Below are positions 50,361 through 59,807 of a stretch of DNA of 64,000 nt, one piece after another. The position numbers and the translations under genes were made by a program. Source of the DNA: an uncultured Gammaproteobacteria bacterium (GTDB lineage Bacteria > Pseudomonadota > Gammaproteobacteria > UBA9214); the NCBI GenBank assembly GCA_963827755.1, contig CAWHCQ010000014.1, positions 54,383 to 118,382 of the forward strand, given 5' to 3'. Within the stretch, counting starts at the first letter, position 1. Every line of letters begins with the position of its first letter. The notes beneath the pieces are model-generated. The model worked only from the letters and a program-made list of their open reading frames with translations. It was not told the origin of the DNA and did not search any database.

Positions 50361-51050
50361 ATGAATCTTCGTTTAATTATCCGTGGGCTGGTTCTTGTTG
50401 CTGCGCTGGTAGCAGTTGGTTACCTGCTGGGCGGAACGCTCGACAGTGACTGGATTGACATCCATGTACGCGGCAGGGGACTTGCGGGTGAGTTGCTGTT
50501 CGTAGCCGCAGGCGGACTCCTGATCAGTGCCGGATTATCGCGTCAGGTTGTCGCGTTTCTTGGTGGTTACGCATTCAGCTTTCTGGAGGGAACCTTGCTG
50601 GGGCTTCTGGCCACTGTAATGGGTTGTATTCTTACGTTTTACTATGCGCGCCTGTTTTGCAGTTCATATGTAAGCAGGCGTTACTCCGGGCGCATTCGCA
50701 AGGTGGATGATTTTATTCGGGAAAACACCTTCTCCATGACCCTGTTGTTCAGGCTGCTGCCCATGGGAAGCAACTTTATTGTCAATCTTGCGGCCGGGGT
50801 TTCCAATGTGCGTGGCGTGCCTTTCTTTGCCGGATCGGCGCTGGGTTATATCCCGCAGACGCTGGTGTTTGCCCTGATCGGCAGCGGCACCAGTGTGGAG
50901 CAGCACTGGCAGGTGGCAGCCGCGATCGCCATGTTTGTTGCCTCTGCCATGCTCGGTATTTACCTGTATCGCAATTACCGTCATGGCAAAACACCGGGCG
51001 AAAATATTGATCGTGAATTCGGGGTGAACAGAGAAGCCGCTAAGCAGTAA
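50361..51050 (+). CDS. DedA/VTT (TVP38) family membrane protein
   Basis: RQVVAFLGGYAF, FRLLPMGSNFIVNLAAG, GSALGYIPQT. Confidence 0.85.
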   Translation: MNLRLIIRGLVLVAALVAVGYLLGGTLDSDWIDIHVRGRGLAGELLFVAAGGLLISAGLSRQVVAFLGGYAFSFLEGTLLGLLATVMGCILTFYYARLFCSSYVSRRYSGRIRKVDDFIRENTFSMTLLFRLLPMGSNFIVNLAAGVSNVRGVPFFAGSALGYIPQTLVFALIGSGTSVEQHWQVAAAIAMFVASAMLGIYLYRNYRHGKTPGENIDREFGVNREAAKQ

Positions 51051-51251
51051 GCGAGTTGACGTGCCAGGTCGTCAATCACGGGAACCCATCCGTGGATGAT
51101 GTCGAACTACCCCTGTCTTTATGCTGGAAATCCCGGAGTTTTACTGCAATTTCTGCTAACATTAAACGTTTCGTCTGTGGCGTTGCGGGAAACGTAGCTT
51201 GTCATACTGGCTACGACCAGCCATTAATATATCTTCAGGTTAACTTGAATT

Positions 51252-52260
51252 ATGAAAATACTGATTACAGGTGCCGCCGGTTTTATCGGCTCTGCGTTGT
51301 CTCTACGGCTGTTGGAGCGGGGTGATGAGGTCATCGGCGTTGATAATCTCGATCCCTACTATGATACCGGCCTGAAGGAGGCGCGGCTGGAACGCACCCG
51401 TGTCCTGTGAAGGTTTTACTGATGTGCGCAGCAGTATTGCTGACCGTGAGGGCATGGCTGCGCTCTTCAAAGAATATCAGCCACAACGTGTTGTGAATAT
51501 GGCGGCACAGGCCGGTGTTCGTTATTCGCTGGAGAATCCTCTGGCCTACGTGGACACCAACATGCTCGGGTTTGCCAATATTCTTGAAGGCTGCCGGCAT
51601 AATGGTGTCGAGAGCCTGGTCTATGCATCCAGCAGTTCCGTATATGGCTCGAATACAAATATGCCGTTTTCCGTGCATGACAATGTAGATCATCCTGTCA
51701 GTCTGTATGCAGCCAGCAAGAAGGCAAACGAATTGATGGCGCATACCTACAGCCACCTGTACCGTTTGCCGACCACGGGTCTGCGCTTCTTCACCGTGTA
51801 CGGCCCCTGGGGGCGGCCCGACATGGCGTATTTCAAATTTACGAGAAAAATACTGGCTGGCGAGCCCATCGATATATTCAACAACGGGAACCATCAACGA
51901 GACTTCACCTACATTGATGACATAGTTGAAGGCGTGGTGCGCATACTCGATAAAATACCGGAGCCGAACCCGGCATGGTCCGGTGACAATCCGGATTCGG
52001 CAAGCAGTACCGCGCCCTATCGCCTGTACAATATCGGCAATAACACGACGGTTGAACTGATGCGTTATCTCGAAGTGCTGGAAGACTGTCTTGGCAAAAA
52101 GGCAGAAAAGAACATGCTGCCCCTGCAGCCGGGAGATGTGCAGGCCACCTATGCGGATATCGATGACCTTATTCGCGACGTCGGCTACCGGCCGCATACC
52201 CCGATTGAAGAGGGGCTGGCCAGGTTTGTAGACTGGTACCGGGAATTCTATGCAGTCTGA
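51252..52260 (+). CDS. UDP-glucuronate 4-epimerase-like NAD-dependent epimerase (frameshift near 51400)
   Basis: [58 protein letters not shown]. Confidence 0.9.
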
Positions 52261-52303
52261 AGTACTTGCAGACGGCTGGATATGTTCTATAATAACTATG
52301 AGA

Positions 52304-52325
52304 AATAAGTTGTAACTTATTGATA
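52304..52325. promoter_or_regulatory. Palindromic operator overlapping an IHF-like site upstream of the S24-like gene
   Basis: AATAAGTT-GT-AACTTATT (52304-52321); TAA-CTTA-TTGATA IHF consensus; TATAAT at 52288-52293. Confidence 0.5.
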
Positions 52326-52350
52326 TATAGTTACTAAGGATTGGGTGGAA

Positions 52351-52668
52351 ATGATTATGCAGGAACAGGGTTGTGGGCGAGAACCGTTTGCCTTGCGCGT
52401 GATCGGTGACAGTATGTCACCGGAGTTCAAGGACGGCTGCATCATCATCGTCGATCCGGAGGGGGTGATGAACGACGGGTCCTACGTGCTGGCGCGACAG
52501 GGAGAGGAATATGTCTTCAGGCAGCTGGTAATGGCAGAAGGTTGCTACCAGCTCAAGGCCCTGGAAGAGGGCCATGAAACAATCACCTTGCCTGACCTGT
52601 CAACCATCGAAGGCGTCATTATCCAGCAGGCAGGGCGCAGACGCGCGGACCGGAAGCACTATACGTAA
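52351..52668 (+). CDS. Stand-alone peptidase S24-like protein
   Basis: PFALRVIGDSM.PEF.DG.IIIVDP; no HTH; FRQL in place of the usual FKRL. Confidence 0.8.
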   Translation: MIMQEQGCGREPFALRVIGDSMSPEFKDGCIIIVDPEGVMNDGSYVLARQGEEYVFRQLVMAEGCYQLKALEEGHETITLPDLSTIEGVIIQQAGRRRADRKHYT

Positions 52669-52680
52669 CTAACGCACATC

Positions 52681-52751
52681 TTGTAGGGCCGAATTCATTC
52701 GGCCAGCTGGGTTTCACGCGATGTGTTGGCCGAATGAATTCGGCCCTACAA
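52681..52751. repeat. GTAG-type REP doublet (REPIN-like)
   Basis: Perfect 25-bp inverted repeat TTGTAGGGCCGAATTCATTCGGCCA ... TGGCCGAATGAATTCGGCCCTACAA, each arm with an internal palindrome. Confidence 0.8.
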
Positions 52752-52771
52752 TAGCAAGAGGACACACCTGT

Positions 52772-53239
52772 TCAATCTTCAGGTTTTTTCTGGCTCGGGC
52801 GCAGGCGGACGGTAAAATATTCATCTGCCCAGTCAACCGGAACCGGCTGGTTGGCTGCATCTACGAGTGGTAATTCATAGTCGTTCCAGCCGCGCAGGCC
52901 TGTTTTCAGGGAGCTGACCTTCGTGTAACCCATCAGCTGCAAGGTAAAGGCAGCCAGTGCGCTGCGGTTTCCGGAGCGGCACACAATGACAATATCCCGG
53001 CCGCGTGCTTCTGCCAATGCGCCAACTGTTTCCTCGTAACCATATTCACAGGCAGATTCGAGAATGCCCCGTGGAACATGGAGCGATCCCTGGATATGCA
53101 TTGCATTGAATTCACCGGGTTCACAAATATCGAGAATCAACGGCGGTTTATCAGTCGCAAGTTTTTCTTCTACATCCCAGGGGAATACTTCATTGATTTC
53201 GGGCAAACACTCTGCAACCAGATCGGCAAACCGTTTCAT
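52772..53239 (-). CDS. Single-domain rhodanese sulfurtransferase
   Basis: HIQGSLHVPRGILE, active-site loop CRSGNRS, LKTGLRGW. Confidence 0.9.
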   Translation of the reverse strand: MKRFADLVAECLPEINEVFPWDVEEKLATDKPPLILDICEPGEFNAMHIQGSLHVPRGILESACEYGYEETVGALAEARGRDIVIVCRSGNRSALAAFTLQLMGYTKVSSLKTGLRGWNDYELPLVDAANQPVPVDWADEYFTVRLRPSQKKPED

Positions 53240-53256
53240 ATTCCATTGTTCCTGTA

Positions 53257-53922
53257 TTAACCGTTATGGTCAGTTCGATTGGTGCGCAGGCCATGCTCAA
53301 CGGCGATGACGGCTGCTTCGACACGGGAATGAATGCCCAGTTTGCGAAGAATGGACTTTACATGCAATTTGACCGTTCCGTCCGAAATACCCAGGTTACG
53401 CGCAATCACCTTGTTGCTCTGGCCCTCGGCCAGCAGGGAAAGGATCTCGTTTTCCCGTGGCGTCAGCTTGGCAAACGGACTTTCTTCATGCGGGGTAATG
53501 CTGTCACCCTGTACGACCCGTGCCAGTACCGGCGCGAGGTCGGGGGCAACCACTGTTTTGCCGGCCACGATATCACGCAGGGCAAGTACCAGCTGGTCCG
53601 GCTCCATGTCCTTGAGCAGATATCCCTGCGCGCCACTGCGTAATGACTCCACCAGGTCGCGTTCATCGCTGCTGGTGGTCAACATCGCGACCGGGTTGGC
53701 AAACCCGTTCTTGCGTAACTGGCGCAAAACTTCCATGCCATCCATTTCCGGCATGCGCATATCGAGTAATACCACGTCCGGCTCGAGTTCTGCGGCAAGG
53801 CGCAGGCCTTCCTGTCCACTGCCTACTGCAGCGAGGATGTTGATATTCCTGCGACTCAGCAGGCCGACCAGCCCTTCGCGAAACAGGGTATGGTCGTCAA
53901 CAAGAAGAATATTCAGGCTCAT
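53257..53922 (-). CDS. NarL-family response regulator
   Basis: LLVDDHTLFREG, LDMRMP, GYLLKDMEP, LTPRENEIL, TVKLHVKSILRKL. Confidence 0.92.
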   Translation of the reverse strand: MSLNILLVDDHTLFREGLVGLLSRRNINILAAVGSGQEGLRLAAELEPDVVLLDMRMPEMDGMEVLRQLRKNGFANPVAMLTTSSDERDLVESLRSGAQGYLLKDMEPDQLVLALRDIVAGKTVVAPDLAPVLARVVQGDSITPHEESPFAKLTPRENEILSLLAEGQSNKVIARNLGISDGTVKLHVKSILRKLGIHSRVEAAVIAVEHGLRTNRTDHNG

Positions 53923-55487
53923 GCAGGTTTACCCTCTGTTAGCTGTCTGTCGAGTTCCAGTACCACGCGTGTACCTTCACCACGCTCGCTTTCCACGCGC
54001 AGCTTACCTCCCAGGCGGACAGCGCGTTCACGCATGATTGTAAGACCGATATGTTCACCGGGAGAACCGTAAACCTGCTGATTAATACCGATCCCGTCAT
54101 CTTCGATCAGGATCTGGTATTTACCCTCGAGATTATCCTTCAACATAATACGAACAGTCTTGGCCTGGCTGTGTTTGCGTATATTCCACAGGGCCTCCTG
54201 TACTATACGCAGGATCTGTGTTTGTGCGTCCTTTGATAGTGTTGTGTCGCTCCATTCCTTCTGAAAGAAGGTCTTGATATGTGACTCGCTGCGGAACTGG
54301 TTGACAATTTGCTCAATCGCCTCGAGCAGCCCGCGCTTGTCGGCGGGTACACGGAAATTTGCCATTAGCGCCCGCAGATCGGTATTGGCTTCGTCGAGGC
54401 TGAGCTCGATCTTTTCCAGCTGCTGCCAGGTAGCCGATTCATCATCCTGGTGCAGGGTTTCATCCAGTACACGGACCTGGAGACACAGACTTGCGAGGGT
54501 CTGGGCAACCGTGTCATGCAGTTCATGTGCGATGCGTGTACGTTCTTCATTGAGCAGGTGCTGGCGGCTTTCCTCATCGATCTGTGATTTCTCGATGGCA
54601 ATACTGAGATGGTGGGCAATACTCGTGAGTAATGGTTTCAGACTGTCGATTTGCTCTATCAGCTTGATTTCAAGGAACAGGTTGATGACTCCGGAAACCT
54701 TGCCACGGTAGCGCATTGGTATGGATACCAGGCCTATGTCATCACGGTCAAAGAATTTACGCCCTGCTATCTTTTCACACTTGAGCAGGTCACGCTCCAG
54801 CCATATTTTACCTTCTGTCGCAGCACGCTCGTACAGGCAGCGGCGTACATCTGTTCGGCCCGGCAGAACCAGTGACTCATCAATACCGCTGCTGGCGGAA
54901 AGGTCCATGATGCCTTCTTTCTGCAGAACCCAGATTGCGGCTGCCTGTGCATAGGTGATCCGCTTCAGTGTATACAGGAAGCGTGTCAGCAGGTCGTCAA
55001 GGCCATGTGCTGTATTGATGCTGGAGACAACTTCGTAAAGTATTTGCAGTGACTTTTCTTCCAGCTCCTGTTCATTATACCTGGCGATACCACCCCTGTT
55101 CGCAGCAGCCGGTATCGACGTGCCGAGGGCGTTCAGGTCGTTAGCCAGATCGGCAAATGCGCTGTAGCCTGTCGAGGGTATCGGGTCTGTGTAGCGGCCT
55201 TCACGTTTCTTCCTGGCCCATGTCCTGATCTGGCTCAACGGAACAAGCAGATTGTTTTGTACCAGTGCCAGGGTCGAGATCAACAGTCCGCTGCCGCTGA
55301 TAAACAGGATGATTCCAAGAAGGGTGCGCGACAATGTTGAGGCTGAGTCCATCCCGTTGAGGATGAACAGGAATGTGGAAATTGCGAGTATCAGCAACAG
55401 CCCTGCCAGGCGTAGTAATAAACGGCTCCTCAGAGTGTGACCATGCTCCCCGGCTGTCGCTGGTGTGTATGTGGCGCTCGGTGACAT
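53919..55487 (-). CDS. NarX-like histidine kinase (2 TM, HAMP, GAF, HisKA_3) lacking a periplasmic nitrate-sensing domain
   Basis: EERTRIAHELHDTVAQTL, RIVQEAL.NIRKHS, DDGIG, GEHIGL.IMRERA. Confidence 0.85.
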   Translation of the reverse strand: MSPSATYTPATAGEHGHTLRSRLLLRLAGLLLILAISTFLFILNGMDSASTLSRTLLGIILFISGSGLLISTLALVQNNLLVPLSQIRTWARKKREGRYTDPIPSTGYSAFADLANDLNALGTSIPAAANRGGIARYNEQELEEKSLQILYEVVSSINTAHGLDDLLTRFLYTLKRITYAQAAAIWVLQKEGIMDLSASSGIDESLVLPGRTDVRRCLYERAATEGKIWLERDLLKCEKIAGRKFFDRDDIGLVSIPMRYRGKVSGVINLFLEIKLIEQIDSLKPLLTSIAHHLSIAIEKSQIDEESRQHLLNEERTRIAHELHDTVAQTLASLCLQVRVLDETLHQDDESATWQQLEKIELSLDEANTDLRALMANFRVPADKRGLLEAIEQIVNQFRSESHIKTFFQKEWSDTTLSKDAQTQILRIVQEALWNIRKHSQAKTVRIMLKDNLEGKYQILIEDDGIGINQQVYGSPGEHIGLTIMRERAVRLGGKLRVESERGEGTRVVLELDRQLTEGKPA

Positions 55488-55534
55488 TGAGTCTCGGTCA
55501 GGTTCCCGGGAGCTGACGATGCCAGGGTGTTGTC

Positions 55535-55846
55535 TCAGGCCGGAGGGGTATAGTTGCGGTCATTGGGATTCATGAAAATGAACTGATATTCGCCGGGTTC
55601 GAGTTCGACATAGTCAATCGTTGTACCTTCCAGCAACAATTTACTGGTCTCCGCGATGATAACATCGATTCCCCCGGAAGTGATGTGGGTGTCTCCCTCG
55701 AGCTGCTGGTCATCGAAGCCCATTCCGTAATGAATGCTGCCATCCGGGTTGCGCCGGGCAGCAATTCTCATGGCAAGGCCTTGCATATTGCCCTCGATTG
55801 CAGAGGCGTTGATCTGTTTCGCGGCTGCGGGTGTGATTGTAATCAT
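55535..55846 (-). CDS. dsrR: DsrR (IscA-like, Cys-less)
   Basis: MITITPAAA.QI, LAMRIAARR..DGSIHYGMGFD, FIFMNPND; no Cys; directly after dsrN. Confidence 0.85.
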   Translation of the reverse strand: MITITPAAAKQINASAIEGNMQGLAMRIAARRNPDGSIHYGMGFDDQQLEGDTHITSGGIDVIIAETSKLLLEGTTIDYVELEPGEYQFIFMNPNDRNYTPPA

Positions 55847-55918
55847 TGTCTGTTAACTTCCTGTATATCCTTCTTTAAATCAAGAAAACCTATTATAGGG
55901 TGAGGTGCGGCGTTTGTC

Positions 55919-57286
55919 TCAGTCCATGCTCATTCTGATGAATTCAACAAATCGTTGCGCCCAGCGATGCTGTTCCGTATCCCGCATATGGCTGTAGCAT
56001 GCGAGCAGCCGCTTGATGACGATGCCGTCATTTTTGCCGTCAATACCGGTCCCGCGTTTTACGGTGTAGGCAAATTTCAACGGGCCGCTTATGTTGTCCA
56101 GGCTTGAGTAATGAAATTCATGAGCGGAAAACTCTGCCTGCTGTGGCTCTCCCGGCCAGGGCGCATCGGCCGTTTCCTGCAGGCGTACATAGCCGCGGCC
56201 TTGCGGGTGCTCGTGCATAATGACGTCAGCAGGGATTACACCGACCATTTCGTTTTGCCGGCCTTTCCAGCTGAGACTGCGGGCAAGATACATCAGCCCG
56301 CCGCATTCCGCGTAGGTCGGCAGACCTTTTTCAATGGCCTGCCTGATGGCGGCCCTGAGTTCGCCGTTGGCCTCAAGCGCCTGCATATGACTTTCCGGAA
56401 AGCCGCCTCCGATAAACAGGGCATCAACAGCCGGCAGGGACTTGTCACGCAGCGTATTGAAGGCAACGAGTTCTGCACCTGCCCGCTGCAGGGCATCGAT
56501 GTCGTCCGGGTAATAAAAGCCGAAGGCGGCATCACGGGCAATGCCGATTCGCACCGATCGACCCGGTTTTTGTAGCGTGGCCGGTAACGGCTTGTAAGTG
56601 AGTGTCGTCTTCCCGGCAATGGACAACAGCCGGTCAAGATCGACCTGTGCCTTGATAAGATCGCGAATATGGCGGATCTTGTTAAGTGCCGTGGTTTCCT
56701 CGTTGCTCGGGATGAGGCCCAGGTGACGTTCGACAATCTCCAGTGACTTGTCACGGTGCACGCCGCCAATCACGGGGACATCGGTGTAGTGTTCGATGAC
56801 AGCACGTAGCTTCGCTTCGTGGCGGCTGCCCCCGAGCTGGTTGAGGATGACACCGGCAATGCTGATTTCAGGATCAAAGGCCTGGTTGCCGAGGATCAGT
56901 GGTGCAATGCCACGCGTCATGCCGCGTGCATCCAGCACCAGTATGACCGGTGCATGCAGCAGCTTTGCAAGAGCCGCATTACTGTTGCTGCCATCCAGGT
57001 CGAGCCCGTCATACAGACCCTTGTTGCCTTCAATCAGTGCAATGTCCGCATCAGCCGAGTAATGGCCGGTCGTGGTGAGGATTTCCTCGTGCGACATGTT
57101 GTAGAAATCGAGGTTGTGGCAGGGGCGTCCGGCTGCCTGGCCGAGCCACATGGGATCGATGTAATCCGGGCCTTTCTTGAAGGGTTGTACCGCAAGGCCG
57201 CGTTCGGCCAGTGCAGCACACAGTCCGACCGTGACCGTGGTTTTACCGGAGGACTTGTGGGCTGCCGAGATCAGCAGGCGTGACAT
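55919..57286 (-). CDS. dsrN: Siroheme amidase DsrN (cobyrinate a,c-diamide synthase-like)
   Basis: SAAHKSSGKTT, FKKGPDYIDP, EGNKGLYDG, ERHLGL, YAECGGLMYL, HEFHYS. Confidence 0.92.
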   Translation of the reverse strand: MSRLLISAAHKSSGKTTVTVGLCAALAERGLAVQPFKKGPDYIDPMWLGQAAGRPCHNLDFYNMSHEEILTTTGHYSADADIALIEGNKGLYDGLDLDGSNSNAALAKLLHAPVILVLDARGMTRGIAPLILGNQAFDPEISIAGVILNQLGGSRHEAKLRAVIEHYTDVPVIGGVHRDKSLEIVERHLGLIPSNEETTALNKIRHIRDLIKAQVDLDRLLSIAGKTTLTYKPLPATLQKPGRSVRIGIARDAAFGFYYPDDIDALQRAGAELVAFNTLRDKSLPAVDALFIGGGFPESHMQALEANGELRAAIRQAIEKGLPTYAECGGLMYLARSLSWKGRQNEMVGVIPADVIMHEHPQGRGYVRLQETADAPWPGEPQQAEFSAHEFHYSSLDNISGPLKFAYTVKRGTGIDGKNDGIVIKRLLACYSHMRDTEQHRWAQRFVEFIRMSMD

Positions 57287-57330
57287 GACAGGATATAAGC
57301 CAGGCGTCCCTGACAGGCCTCAGCTGCCGC

Positions 57331-58560
57331 TCAGGCGGCCGCTTCTGCGTCTTTACCGGCCTGGTAATGCGGGTCAACCTGGTCATCCGCAAGGCTGACT
57401 GGCATGAAGCGCAGTACCCTGACGCCGACGACCGTGGCCGCCAGTGCAACCGCGATACCGCTGATGCCGAGGATGAACTCCGGCAGGCTTGGCGTGTAGC
57501 TGGCAACGACGCCGTCGAAGAATGAACTGCTTACTTCCTTGCCGGGGAACAGTTCCATCGGGTAGGCCTGGCCGCCGATGATAATGATGTACATCTGTGC
57601 CAGCCCGCCGATGATGACCAGCAGCGAGGCAATGCCGATCCAGCCGCGTGATTTCCCGGTGGAGGGATGGTACAGCAGTGCCAGCGGCACCAGGCTGCCA
57701 AGGCCGATCTGTACGATCCAGAACAGCTGAGTGTAGATGCCGCCATCCAGCAGCAGGAAGCGTTCAACCCCGTGGTGCTGGGTGATGTACAGGTTGGTCA
57801 GGTGATAGACGATGACAAAATACAGCACGGCAGCGATAAATACGCCGAGCAGGTTTTTCAGGCGTATCAGGATTGCATCGCCCAGCGGCCGGTCGGACCA
57901 CTTGTAGAGGGCCATGATCACGAGGAGAAAAATCGCCAGCCCGAATGAAAAAGACATGATGATAAACATCGGTGCCAGCAGGGCCGCATCGTAGGCCTCG
58001 CGTGCAACCAGGAAGCCGAAGATGGACCCGGTACCGGTGGTCAGGATCAGACGCCAGACGAAGGCGGAAAGACCGGCCAGTCTGGTAAAGTGGTTCATCT
58101 TGCGTTCCATCATCATCCAGATGTAGACGCCGACAACGGCCATGAAGCCGGTATACAGCATGATGTTCCAGGCAAAGATGGACTTGAAGTTGTAATAGGT
58201 CATGGCAACGATCAGACGGTCAGGACGACCGAGATCGAGTACCAGCACTGCAAGGCCGCCGACAAGCAGGGTAATTGCCAGCAGCCCGGATAAACGGGCC
58301 AGTGGTTTATAGGCGCTCTTGTTGAAGACCGAGCTGATGGAGGCAACGTTGAGTGCACCGGAGGCCGCAACAATCAGGAATACGGCGAACACGTGAGGTG
58401 TTCCCCAGATGACCTGGTTGGACATACCGGTCACCCAGTGACCGTTGTGTTCCATGTAGTAGGCAGCACCCAGGCCGGCGAGGATAAATATACCGATAAA
58501 CCCGACCAGCATGTAAAACGGCAGGCCGCCCTCAATTTCCCTGAAGTCCAGTTGTTTCAT
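57331..58560 (-). CDS. dsrP: DsrP (NrfD/PsrC-like membrane subunit)
   Basis: TGMSNQVIWGTPH, DLGRPDRL, LTTGTGSIFGFL, IIIGGQAYP. Confidence 0.93.
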   Translation of the reverse strand: MKQLDFREIEGGLPFYMLVGFIGIFILAGLGAAYYMEHNGHWVTGMSNQVIWGTPHVFAVFLIVAASGALNVASISSVFNKSAYKPLARLSGLLAITLLVGGLAVLVLDLGRPDRLIVAMTYYNFKSIFAWNIMLYTGFMAVVGVYIWMMMERKMNHFTRLAGLSAFVWRLILTTGTGSIFGFLVAREAYDAALLAPMFIIMSFSFGLAIFLLVIMALYKWSDRPLGDAILIRLKNLLGVFIAAVLYFVIVYHLTNLYITQHHGVERFLLLDGGIYTQLFWIVQIGLGSLVPLALLYHPSTGKSRGWIGIASLLVIIGGLAQMYIIIIGGQAYPMELFPGKEVSSSFFDGVVASYTPSLPEFILGISGIAVALAATVVGVRVLRFMPVSLADDQVDPHYQAGKDAEAAA

Positions 58561-59306
58561 CAGATCCCCCGGTAACGCACGCCGGTATTGAGCTCAAGGT
58601 CCGCACGTATCTGGCGGCTGCTGTGTTGTTTGAGCTGTTTTGAAATATCGCTCGATGGATCGTTTAAATCACCGAATACCATCGCGTTGTGGTTTTCTGC
58701 GGTGCAGGCCTCGACACAGGCGGGTGTTTCATCGTTGTCGACACGGTGTACACAGAAGGTGCAGGACTCAACAGTACCCTTGCCGCGCGGTGCGTGGGGC
58801 AGCTGGTCCTGCAGGGTTTCGTGAATGAATGAGCGGGCCTTGTACGGGCAGGCCATCATGCAATAGCGGCAGCCGATGCAGATGTGCTTGTCGACCAGGA
58901 CGATGCCGTCTTCGCGTTTGAAGGAGGCGCCGGTCGGGCAGACGTCGACGCAGGGTGCGGTTTCACAATGCTGACAGAGCAGCGGCAGTGTCTGGGTATG
59001 CCCGGTCTGCTTGTCTTTCAGCTTGACCTTGCGGATCCACTGGGCATCGGTTTCAGGCCGGTCGAAACCGGTAAGGCCGTGTTCATCATTACAGGCCTGC
59101 ACGCAGTCATCGCAGCCCTCGCCACATTTGTTTGAATCGATCAGCATGCCCCAGCGAACGGTGCTGCTGACGGCATCTTCCGCCGGTTTGGCATGCGCCA
59201 GCTCGTGCAGCATGACACCGGGAACAACGGCCAGTCCTGCCGCCGCCGTTGCCGTACCACTGAGAAAGCGACGACGGTAGAGATCGATGTTCGATTCACC
59301 ACTCAT
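58560..59306 (-). CDS. dsrO: DsrO Tat-exported Fe-S protein
   Basis: RRRFL Tat motif, CDDCVQAC, CQHCETAPCVDVCPT, CIGCRYCMMACPY, CTFC. Confidence 0.93.
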   Translation of the reverse strand: MSGESNIDLYRRRFLSGTATAAAGLAVVPGVMLHELAHAKPAEDAVSSTVRWGMLIDSNKCGEGCDDCVQACNDEHGLTGFDRPETDAQWIRKVKLKDKQTGHTQTLPLLCQHCETAPCVDVCPTGASFKREDGIVLVDKHICIGCRYCMMACPYKARSFIHETLQDQLPHAPRGKGTVESCTFCVHRVDNDETPACVEACTAENHNAMVFGDLNDPSSDISKQLKQHSSRQIRADLELNTGVRYRGI

Positions 59307-59786
59307 GGCTTGACCCCGGATACGCGTGCCTGCAGCTTTTCTGCCGGCAAACCGTTTGCGTTGACAGTGTGCGAGAGTGCAGCCGGTGACAGCGAATGCA
59401 GCCGGCTGCCGGTCTTGACCGGGCGGTCTGCATGACACTGAAAACAGTCGATGCTGACGGACGCATAGCTGTGACAGCTGTTGCAGAAATGCTTTTCACT
59501 GCTGTAGCGCGGTGCATCAGGAGCATCACTCACGTGGCAGTTGATGCATTCATTCAGGCTGTGTTGCTTGTCGCGGATACCTTCGTGCACCGTTTCATCA
59601 CGCTGGTGGAGGATGTACTCCATATGGTTCTTGCGCATGTCGGCTGTGGGTTCCACGCAGCCCTGAGCCTCGCTGAAACGGCCCTGGGCTGCCGGGATAT
59701 CGGGCAGCAGGCCTTCGGCCATGGCTGTCGCAACCAGCACCCGGCAGCATTCCCAGGAGAAGGGCGATGAAGCGTATGTTTCGCAT
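59303..59786 (-). CDS. dsrJ: DsrJ triheme cytochrome c (frameshift near 59740)
   Basis: CVEP..DMRKNHM, CINCH, CNSCH, CFQCH; signal peptide in another frame. Confidence 0.88.
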
Positions 59787-59807
59787 CGGTTCGTCTCGTG
59801 TCTGCTG

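Noticed and set aside
55535-55846. IscA/ErpA Fe-S carrier
   Set aside because: It lacks all Cys ligands and follows dsrN, consistent with DsrR
55919-57286. Cobalamin biosynthesis cobB
   Set aside because: It lies within the dsr operon with no other cob genes, so it is DsrN
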